Of a stretch of 64,000 bases of DNA, positions 34,214-45,900 are shown one piece after another. The position numbers were made by a program, and so were the translations under genes. This DNA is from Paragordius varius. Lineage: Eukaryota; Animalia; Nematomorpha. The stretch covers positions 10,106,001 to 10,170,000 of the forward strand of contig OZ176052.1 in the NCBI GenBank assembly GCA_964247055.1. The letters are read 5' to 3'. Each line of letters begins with the position of its first letter. The stretch's first letter is position 1. The notes beneath the pieces were generated by a model. The model searched no databases, was not told where the DNA came from, and saw only the letters and a list, made by a program, of their open reading frames with translations.

Positions 34214-37200
34214 ATGAAAAAAAATTATTTACATAAAAAATTATGTCATAACAATAAAGTTGGAACAGTTCGATATCAAGGGCCCTTACATGGTCGTGTA
34301 GGTTTGTTTATAAATATGTTAAGGAATATGGTTGGGCGTAGAATGGGATGATCCAACCATTGGTTTTCATGATGGTAAATATGATAATAAAAGATACTTT
34401 CAAACCAAGTTGATAGTTTTATATATTTAGGCGCGATAAAAATGGATCTTTTTTGAACATGTCTAAAATTCCACTGAATTGTTTTGGTGTTAATTGTGAC
34501 GGAGCTTTGAGAAAAAATTATAAATCTCATGAAACTGTATTGGAAGCCAACATGTGTATATCAAATCGATTAGTAAATTATGTCGGCTTTGAAAAAGTAG
34601 CAAACATACAAAGGTTTGTATAGTTATTATTTAGAAATTTCGAACTTTTATCCGTAGTTATTTTGAAAAACTCGGCTATCAATTGCGATTTACAAAATAA
34701 TCACACGAATCTTGCAAAAATAGCTCCCAATATTTCGCAATTAGATATTTCATCAAATTTAAACACATCATTTGATCAAATTTTACACATTGTAAATGAT
34801 CTAAATAAATTAAGAACTCTGGATATTAGGTATTAATAACTTTTTTTTATTAATTTCCCTTGATTACATACTTTCAAATTCAAACCTTAGTTCATTTAAT
34901 CCAATCCCATGTTTTTTATAGTTTTTTTACCCTATTGTACTCTTTTAATATTATATTGAGTAAATAATAAATTTAATTAAGATTTTGCTTTAGCGATAAA
35001 CACATTATCAAAAATTCGTATTTACACCTTTTAAGTTTTTGGATAGGAAGCTATATGGGCTTATAACAAGACCACAGATTTAAAGCAATTCATAACTTCT
35101 TAAAGAAGGTTTTTTATAGCCAATTAGTATGATATGATAATACCTTTTTGAGTGGTTTATTATTCGTCCCGAAACGGATGAACCTTTACCGTTTTTTTTA
35201 AAAGAACAGTTCTTTTATCAATTTATTTAAATTTTTTTATAACAAAAAATTGTTAAAAACATAATAGAAAATCTTTCTAGATATTAATATTTAAATCACT
35301 AAAAAATCAATACGAATACTATTTTAAAGTGACATAGCTATTCTTATATTGTCGTCTTTTTGAAAAATACCTCAAAAAACTATTAATGGACATTTTTTAT
35401 TCATAAATCGTAATTTTACATTATACTACTTATAAAAAATATGTTGGACGGTTAAATGCTCCTTATTTATTAAATTAGTTGCATAAAACATTTATTTCTT
35501 ATATTTAAGAAATATTATGCTTTTTGTCGTTAAGGATTTAAAAATGCTATTTCTTAAAGGTTTACAGATATTTTAACATTTTTTAAAATAATTTGTGACA
35601 CTTTTAGTCCAGAAATTAGTTAGAGTCAATCATATAAATAACTATTTTTTACTTACCAAAATAAGCTATTTATGCTCTCATTTGGGAAATGCTTTAAATA
35701 GAATATCAAATTTTTTAACGTTTTTATAGTAATAATCCATTGATGTTTCCACAACTACCATATTCTGGCTCCATTTACCCTTCCGTTAGCATTCTTTATG
35801 CTAACCAATTAAATATGAATTGGTCAGAGGTATTAATTCATTAATATGTATATAATGATATTATCTAAACCCATTATAATCATTTAAATTTAATTAATAT
35901 ATACATGATTATAAATATGTTTTAAATATATGTATATTTGTAGGTAGCCTATTTATTTTCCATATTTCCCAACATTAAAGAATTACACATAGGACAAAAT
36001 CCCTTAAATCGTGACTCTATACCCACATTTGTTGAAATGGTAAAACCGCTCAAAATACATTTGGAGCATTTAGATTTATCGCTCAATGAAAATATTGTCG
36101 ATTGGGCACTTGATATAGACCCCTTACATAATGTGTTTCCTAATTTAATGCATCTGAATTTAAGTTCTTCCAATACAACTTCCATTGAATATTCTAGTAA
36201 ATTATAAAAATAATTAGAGTCTATAGTATAAATTAACTTTTTTAACAAATTTATTGAGTGCAAAAAGTTACGTACAACAATAAATTAAAATAAAATTTTG
36301 CTTTATTAAAATGATTTAAAGTGTTTTTGTTGAGTGCAATTTTTTATTTTTTTATAAGATTCGATATGTTTGAACTATAGCAAGATAATTGGTAAATTAA
36401 TAATATCATAAAAATTTTAAAACGATCCATATACTAAATGAGGTTATTTTACACTGGCTTCATATTTTTAAGTGGCATATATTTTTTATGCTTTATTAAC
36501 TTGTTATTTTGAGATCATTATTAAATTATTTTGATATTTTTTAGGTCACTTGCATCAGTTTGAGCATTTACAAGCGTTGTTTCTCGACAAATGTAATATC
36601 AAAGATTGGGATTTTATTGGGTGCCTAAAATTAATCTGTCCTAACTTGACACATGTAAGATTATCTGGGAATCCTGTTATGGAAAAGGAATTTCCCACAA
36701 AACAAACTGTAATTAATTTTTTTTAGAATACAGTTTTTTATGAAATGCTTTTTATTATATATATGTTGCATAATTGGCGATTAATAAATATTGTTTAATT
36801 ATCTTTTTATGGATAATATTCCCAAAAAATTGAGGAGTTAAATTATGTTTATTTTTAATAAAATTATTTATTATTATTTTTTAGATAAAAGCGATACCTA
36901 ATGCGGCGTTACAATATTCCAATTCCCTTTCTATATTAGCTCTAATAGCTATTGCTATATTACCCTCATCCCTTCAAGTTTTTAATGGAGTCCATCTAAC
37001 ATCTACCGATAAGCCTGATGCTGATATCACTTTTTTGAATCATTTCCACGAATTCGTTGAACATTCTTCTATGACAAACGAATTTAAAGAAGGAAGCTTG
37101 AAGACATTATATGTTCTCTTATGTCAAAGTAAAAAGTTCATAAATTATTTTGCAAAAACTAGGTTCAATTAGAGTGTGAGGGTAGGATACATCTAATAAT

Positions 37201-38456
37201 AACTATTGTTATTTTGGTTTGTATGAGATAAGATAAAATTATATAATTTTTACTTTTTTTAATAATTTGTATATGTAAAATTTAAAAATAAAAATCTATC
37301 ATTTAAATTAATATTAAATATGATCTTATATTTCATTTATTTTTCTAATAAATTAATAAAATGCTATTTTCCCAATCTTACATCATGCAGGAAAAATCAT
37401 TAAAATTTATTCATCTCAAAATGTATGCTAACTTAGTTAAAATAGATATAAACTTTTTTAAACTTTTAATATCACTAAAAACAATATGAAAAATATCCTA
37501 ATTGATAACATATTCATTCTAATATTTTGTCGATTACTGATTTTATAATAATTTCAACATGGTCTTTAAAGTTGTAAAGTTTAGTTTAATTAATAAGTTA
37601 ATAATATATTTTGAATAATCAACAATAATATTTTATCTTTTATAGAATATGATAGGCCTATAGAACCAAAAACAGAATCAGCACAAACGAGAGCAAAACA
37701 AAATTTTGTTAATATAACGTTTGTATTCAATGGTACTAAAATATCCAAATCAATTCCAAGTTTATATTTATTTTAATGGTTAATTTTATAATTTACATAC
37801 GAGTTATTATTGTTAAGAATTTAAATTTATTCAAACTACGTTTCACACGGCGTGTTTATTAATTTTATAAAGGCCAAACAAGAATAATATAATTAATTTA
37901 AAATTATTTTTTGTTTACAAAAAATCGTGTTTCCAAATATCATCGTTTACTTCAATATCTAATTTTATTATAATTTATTTTAAATATACATAATATTCCT
38001 CCACAATTTTTTTTATTTTTAAATTTCTCATTTCCTATACGCAAATTTTTTATCTTTACTAGCTACGAAAACTTGCTTTAAAGTTCAACAAATAATAAAT
38101 TGAATAATTTTCTACCGCTTCAGATATATTGCATCGCATTTTTATCATTTTTGTAAATTTAAAAAAGTATCATAAAATTGTTTTAACCGACACATAATTA
38201 CAAGTCTTTCATGTTTAAACATTAATTTCAGTTTTTAATACTTAATTTAGGAGATACCACAGTAGCCAGATTAAAAACTATATATAAAACAATATTTGCA
38301 ACACAGACTACTACTGATTGGAAAAAAATGCGCAAATTCGATTTAATGTTATTGGATCCAAACCGACCCGGTTTTCCAATAACACTTACACAACCTCAAA
38401 CAACACTAGATTACTATGGAATTGATGATGACTACGAAATATATTTTACCCAATAA
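34214..38456 (+). CDS. TBCE: Tubulin-specific chaperone E (CAP-Gly + LRR + C-terminal ubiquitin-like domain)
   Basis: Exons 34214-34301, 34324-34408, 34431-34613, 34635-34829, 35730-35829, 35944-36196, 36545-36708, 36885-37128, 37646-37759, 38251-38456, all in phase. CAP-Gly GTVRYQG..WLGVEWDDPTIGFHDG; LRRs PNISQLDISSN, FPNIKELHIGQN, LEHLDLSLN, LSGNPV; UBL-like end TLDYYGIDD. Confidence 0.92.
34302..34323 (+). other. 22-nt spliceosomal micro-intron (TBCE coding intron 1)
   Basis: GTTTGTTTATAAATATGTTAAG. Removal restores the CAP-Gly sequence RVG|IWLGVEWD. Confidence 0.9.
34409..34430 (+). other. 22-nt spliceosomal micro-intron (TBCE coding intron 2)
   Basis: GTTGATAGTTTTATATATTTAG. Removal restores YFQTK|RDKNGSF. 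Confidence 0.9.
34614..34634 (+). other. 21-nt spliceosomal micro-intron (TBCE coding intron 3)
   Basis: GTTTGTATAGTTATTATTTAG. Contains an in-frame TAG; removal restores VANIQR|NFELLS. Confidence 0.9.
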
Positions 38457-39375
38457 ATTATGAAAATTTAATATATTAAATGCAAATCTAGAATATAAAA
38501 TTGGCAAAATTGCTTTTTTAAACTATTGCTTTTTTAATTTTTCAATAAATTACATGAACCATATTTAAATGTCGAAAGATCTTTATCTTTGAAAGAAGCG
38601 GTATTATAGATTTTTAGTATGTACTGCTTCATAGGATTATATAATTAAGACCGTTAACATATCTCTTTATTAACCAGCAACATAATTTTCCATATCAACA
38701 CAACAAACTTGCGTCACGTATTACAATTCAAATATAATTAACTGTTTGATTTTTATAAACGCTATAAATAACAAATTCAAAAGTTTGATTTTTTTTACTA
38801 TCCAAATATTCAGTTCAATTTTAACCAATTAATCTCTTTTAATTCGAGTGTATAGTTGTAAATTATTATTTCAATTCAATGTTCAATAAATGCCATGTAC
38901 TATTTAATCTCCTGCCTCCAAATATATATTTCATTTATATTCAATATAATATTGATTAAACATTAAAAATTTATATCTGCGTTACAATTTCTAATACTGA
39001 ATGGTTAAGACACGCATTCAGAATTTAAATGAGGAAGAGTCATGGTAAAAAAAAATATCAGTACCATCCATCTCTTATGTGGCTATAAATAAATCTATAA
39101 TTGCCTTGTGTCTAAACGAAATCGTATTTCGTGCTGCTATTTTAAAAAATAGAGATATTTATCAAAACCACAAAAACCGGTATGGATATCGTAATTGGTT
39201 AAATTAGTAAATATCGATTATATACTAGATTTTAACGAATAATATTTGTTTAGGAGAGGCTTCAAATTTTGGCTTTCCGATTTAAAGGCTGAAATTCTAC
39301 CAATTTGGTGAAATGCCATAATCTAATTCTTAAGACACGCTTGATTGTACAAAAATAGTATATTCATGAATTAAA

Positions 39376-39396
39376 ATATATATATATATATATATA
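39376..39396. repeat. (AT)10 microsatellite
   Basis: Read directly from the sequence. Confidence 0.9.
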
Positions 39397-39904
39397 AGCA
39401 CTCTATCGACCCCCTCTATTTACACTTATGTATACTAATTACCAGTTAAACGGTGTTCAAATATTAATAATGGTCATAAGTTTAGTTAAGATCATATTTT
39501 TTTAAATTCGACATCTCTACTCTCCTAAATTATTGCATATTTCAAAAAAACAATTACTAGAGTTCTTATAATGTTTTTACATTATTTCGTTACAAAGAAA
39601 CAGTACACAGGGATTGGATATGGTTCAGTTCACTGCTTTTTTATGACTTGTGTTTATTATTAAGATACCACTAAAAAAATAATCAATATAACCAAAAAAG
39701 ACACATATAATACTTGGAAAAATTATTAAGGTTCGAAAATGCGAGAGACATGCATTATTAATTTATTTACTAATCTATCTCTCTATATTGGATTTTATTT
39801 TTTCTGTATATGTAACTTTGAATCTTCAACATAGATTGATTAAATTATTTAATTATTAAAATTCCTGAATTCACACCCAAATTTACTTATATAAATCGGT
39901 TAAT

Positions 39905-42900
39905 ATGATAATTTTATCGTTACTTAATGCCATTTTAATTGTTGTTTCGACTCAATCCACTGATCCATATTCCTATCAAGGTAAATGTATTATCTGATTT
40001 AAAATTAATTTTGTAACAGGTTTAAAAATCATCAGTTGAAAAAAGAAGCTTTAAATATTTAGAACGTAAACATTTATGATTTGGTTTAAATTTATTTTGC
40101 GAAAATTTAGCAGGGAGATGGAATAAATCAAATTAATAATTTTATTTATATTATTTAAATAAGATATTCATAATTGAAGAAATTGCCAATTAATATTATA
40201 TATGTCTCTATTGACTTACTAAAAATATGAATTATTAATGATTATTTATGTCAAATGAATAATAAAATATTATACAAATTCATAAATTTTTACCAAGTCT
40301 AGAGCGCTTTTTATAATTTGTATCTACTGAGTTTTTAATTAAAGTAAGATCTTTATATTTTTGCGCTTACTAGAATGATTTTATACATTTATATTAATTA
40401 CAGTGTATGGATAAAATTATTTACTTTATTCAATTTTATGAAAAATCACGATTAAAAACAATAAATACAAAAATTTAAACATGTTTAAATATTTATGAAT
40501 TAAATGGTAATAATGGAAAAAATCAATATTATCTCAAAAATTAAATGCCCCGGGAATAATTCATATCAAAAATTTATAAAAATCTAAAAAATCCAACTGT
40601 AACATTTTGATGGTTGTCTAACCTAACTTTATCTCAAAAATAAATCTATTATTGCCCTCATCTTTGGCTTGTATAAAAAATAAAAGATACTATAATATAT
40701 AAACACTAAATTAACTAATATAAGGCTAATATTTTTTTATTATAAACCGAATTTGATTTTCAGCTAGGTAAGCCTTTATTTTTATTACATTATTGTATTC
40801 CATTAAAAATATAGCGTTAGTGGTTAATTCCATTTTAAAACCTGATAATCGGCTGACTTTTTTATCGATCAACTAAACTGGTTTAACTGTTAACAAAAAA
40901 GTAAGTTTTTACATTTTATCAAATATTATCAAAGTATACTTACTAAAATCGTGTGTATTGACCAGAATTGCACAATTAAATTAACTTTAAGCATAATAGC
41001 CCCTATAAAATTTAACTCAATCTTGATATTAAATAAATCTTATTAAGCAAAAAATATGTCGTTGAAATTTTGGACCATTTGACAATCAAGATATTCGCTT
41101 TCACCCAAAATATACAGAGCGAGATATTGATTGAGAGTTGGGGTTTTATGTCAGTATCTAATAAAAGTGGGCTTAAAATGTTTTTTAGAATCCTTAAATG
41201 CCCCAACTAAAATATTTTAAAACGTTAGTCACTATAAAACTGATATTATTTTTCTTCATTTTGCAAGATCTATTTTGTTTGGTATTCGGCTTTAGGTATA
41301 TGCGTTTTTAAATATGTATATTTTTTTCCCGGGGTTGAACAGCGTTCGTTTTCGTATTAAATTAAAATCGTTTTTTGGTTCATAATTCCAAAATAATACG
41401 AATTAGGAATTTTTATATAATAATAAATTATGATTATACGTAGAGTGAATTGCGTTTGAGACGAAGTCAGATTTTAAACCAAGAATTTAGAAAAAAACTT
41501 TTTTATGATTGCTTCGTTCTTTAAAGAGTAGTGATAACCAATCTCATTTTTTATTGGTAAAATCAAGTCACTTTAAATAAAAAGAGCTTATATTAGGTAA
41601 TATAACATATGATGGATTATTATTTGGTATGAGAAGTTTGAAAAACCAAAAATTTTCAAATCGATGAGAATGCTAAACTCTACAAAAAAATAGCACAACG
41701 TAATCAATAAATAGATTTCTATCATTCTACAATGAACTTAACCAATAATCTATATATTTATAAAAATGGAAAGTGGTGGCTTTGTGATCTGTTTCCGGAA
41801 AACCGGTATACCCATTTAAATCCAAATGTCGAAAAATATAATCATTAATGAATGCTTTGACAAGTGTTTCGCCCTTTTTTTGAATTAGACCCCCAGTTTG
41901 GGCCCACCCCGTGTAAAAAACGGGGTTAACAGGTCTACAAACTTCGTGTCTTTGAGACAATTTTCCGGAAAACGTGTTGGACCATTCGATTTCAAATATG
42001 TTATTTACTTTTTTCCGATTGCGCAGAACACAGTCGGCTCGCCTTTTTATTTAGGCACTCTTTTTACCCGCTCCCCCCGTAAAATGCCATATTTTTCCAA
42101 AAAAACTGTCCACAAAAATAATTTTTTGAATCTATTTTTCGCTCAAGGTATGAAACTGTAAAAATTCGATAAGTATTCCAGGTATTCCCTGTAAAAGGCA
42201 AAAATTTTAGACATGCGTTTTTTTAAATATTGGCTGCTGGGTAAGGAGAGGCCCGCTAAAAACTGTTCCGTCATGGGAAATAGCGTGGTGCCCTTGGGGC
42301 TAAATATCAGAAAACCCATTAGGCCATATGCGTTCAAATGGTGATTAAAATATTACCCGTAACAAGGCAAAAATTAGGCCGTGCGCTTTTTTTAATTAGC
42401 CGTTAATTAAGCCCTTCACGCCCTGAAAAATGCGCCACCATAGAAGTTTCGCAATTTTTCCAAAAACTAACGAGAGCCTATGAAATCAATCATAATTACA
42501 TGTATTCTTTAAAAAAAGGCAAAAATTTTATACAAAGCTTTTTTGTATCAGCCTCTGGGTCTAGAGCTACCCGACTAAAACTGCGCCACCATATCGATAT
42601 TGAGTTGTTTAGGAGTTAAATTTCAAAAAACTTATCAGGCCACATAATTAATAAATGCCTGAAATATTACCCGTAAAAAGGCAAAAATTTAAGTCGGGCG
42701 GTTTTTTTAAATTAGCCGTTAATTAGGCCCTTTACGCCCTAAAAAATGCGCTACCATTGAACTATTATTTAGTTTTTAAACCATTCTTCAAAAAACTATT
42801 AAGGACATATGGAATAAATATGATTCAAGGTATGCTCCTATAAAGGCAAAAATTTTTATCGAACGTCTTTTTTATATTGGCCTCTGAAGAGGGGGCTACC

Positions 42901-45900
42901 CGCCTACAACTGCTCCACCATATCGCAGCGTGACTTAAGAGGCAAATTTTAGAAAACTAATCAGGCCATATGTTTAATGAGGGTTTGAATGTTACCCGTA
43001 AAAGGCAAAAATTTAAGTATAGCGGTTTTATTAAGCTACCCCATTAGGTCCTTGCCCTCAAAAATGCGCCACCATAGAATGACTTTTTAGTTTTGAGGCA
43101 ATTTTTTGAAATCCACAAGAGCATATGGAATCAATCATGATTCCAGGTATTACCTGAATTAAGGCAAAAATTTTAATCAAGCATTTTTTGTTTCGCCCCT
43201 GGTTTGGGGGTTACCCGCATAAAACTGCGTCACCATATCGATACAGCATGCCTTTGGAGCCAAATTTCAAAAAACCTATGAGACCATGTGAGTTCAATAA
43301 GGGCCTAGAATATTTACCCCTTAAAAAACAAATATTTTAGTATAGGGTTTTAATGAGTCGCTAAGTAAGGTTTTGCGCCCTGAAAAATGCGCCGCCATAG
43401 AAATTTTAGTTTTGAAGCAATATATCCAAGAAATTATAGGAACAATGGAATCCATTCCAGATATTCCCCATATAAAGGCACAAATTCTGCTGAACGCGTT
43501 TTTATTCCTGCCCCTGGCTAAGGACCTACCCGCCAAAAACTGCGCCACTATATAGAAATTGCGTTGCTTTGGAGCTAATTTTCAGAAAATTTATGAAGCC
43601 CTATGATCTCATTAAAAGCTTGAAATAATACCCGTAACTAGGTAAAATTAAGGTCAGGCTTTTTTTATTAGCCATAATTTGGGGCCTTTATGCCCTAAAA
43701 AAGCCATCCTGTAACCATTTTTAGTGTTGAGGTTTTTTTCGAATAACCCATACGACGATGGTATCAAAGATGATTTCAAATATTTGCCCTATAAAGGCAA
43801 AAAATTAAACCCAGCGCTTTTCCATATAGGCTTATAGTTAGGGGTCTACCGGTTTAAAACTGAGACACCATACTAAATTGGCGTGGTTTTGGAGCTAATT
43901 TTCAAAAACCTTAAGAAGCCATACGAGTTCAGTTAAACACATTTCTGGGGAATTTGTACAATATCATTCATTCCTTAAAAAGAGGCCACAAATGATTAAC
44001 CTTTTATATCCCTTGATCCCAGCTGTGTGAACACGATTTCAAAATAAAACTTTTAACCATGACTTCGTAAAACGAAAATATTAAAATAACCGATTATTAA
44101 CTTTAATAAAGGAAAATTTAAATATGGTCGATTTCGAGTAAACTATTTGAGCCTATGCAAAACCCGTAAAAGAATAATTAAACACATTCTTTTTATAAAC
44201 TATGTTTTTTGTTATTTTTTATCTCCATTCTTTATAAAAATTAAGAATAATTATCTGTGAGACTACGTCACAGCGAAGAGTGACAGGGCCCCAGCTATTT
44301 TACAATAAAAAAATGAAAATATTAATTGTCAATTTTTGTGTTTTAGATGAAAACGCAGTTACTAACGTTGACTTTATCCAAAAACCATTGACCCAACTTG
44401 AGAATGAAGATAAAATTGAACAAGAATCGTACGAAAAATTGAATGACATATTTCGTAAATATAATCGACTTTTGTTGGAGAACGTTCAAAAGATCACAAC
44501 GGTTAAAACTCCTCCATTTAAACCATTAACATCGATAAAAGATATAGAAGGGGAAAATGTATGCACTAATGTTTTTTGTCCACCATTTCAAAAATGTTTC
44601 CCAATCGCTTCTAAGATTATCACAAACAATGATATCACCAATGATGAAGGAATGGTTAAAACCTTATATTATCCAATGTGTAAGTGTAATCCGCATTCTA
44701 TGGAACAGCGAAATCAATGCCCACAAAACTCTATAAATAATTATGGTATCGAAAGTCGCAATAATGAAACAGAAATTAAAAAATTTGTAAATTTAATCGG
44801 TATCAAAAGCGATTATGAAAACTCTAACGTTTGTGGATCTGATGGTGTTATGTATGAGAATATCTGTCATTTTTATCGGACCATATGTCTCACCCAAAAC
44901 TACAAATTGAAGATTGTGACTAAATCCAATTGCTATCACTTTAGAGGTAAATATATGGTAGTATGTGGAAACGATAATATATACTTGATTTTTGGAAAAA
45001 TATGCGATTCTAAAATACATTAGATTAAAATCTATCAATGAAAAAATTTATGTCAGTTGGTTAAATTTGGTTCAAACAAGTATAAAATGTAAATTGTATT
45101 GATAATCTTCGGGGTGACTGTCGTCTTTTGTCATCGCTTTTTTTGAAATCCAATATTAACTGTACCAAGATGTAATATTTTATCAGTTATTTTAATTAGA
45201 TGATAAACATTTAATCCAAACAATGGGCATAACAAACGAAACCAAATCCCAACCTAAGCAACATTTACTTGTTAAAGAAGGTAAATTTGTGAAATAACGT
45301 TAAAAAACGTTAAAAAAAATCATTATTAATATTTTAATAGATAATATTTTTTATTAATTAGATAAATTAGGTCGAATCGGAAAAAGTGAATCGTTCAACA
45401 TTTTTATAAGATGGTTAAAAGATTTTTACCGAAGACAGCTTATTGATACATCTGACCCGTTTTTAGGTATGCTTTATTTAATTTATATTATCATTGACTT
45501 AATATGCAATAACTAAAAGAATGATTTAGACCAGTGGTCCACCCAGAAAAATTTAAGGGAACTCGATTCGAAGCCCTATTAAAAATTGGTTTAATTTTAA
45601 GGAACCGGTTTAAGAACCTTTCATAAAACGGTAACCGGTTTAATATCAAAAACTGTTTTAGAACTATTTTCTCCATCGCTCCAAGGCGTACACAGTGCTT
45701 AAAATTAGTTTCAAAGTTTAAAAACGGTGGCAATAGAGCGTTGCCCAATAAAGGTATAAATACCACTGAGTGGAAAAAATAAACAATATTAACTTTCATA
45801 TAAATCATATTCTCGATTGGCCTATGATCAAACCATCTAAAATAGGGTATTTAAAATATTGTTACTTCTGTTGTAAATCTATCTCAAGAATATATATCCG

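Noticed and set aside
42040-43940. CRISPR-like reading of the periodic array, and ORFs 41727-43555 within it
   Set aside because: Whole units are diverged copies with no constant repeat plus unique spacer pattern; the context is eukaryotic; the ORFs have no recognisable motifs.
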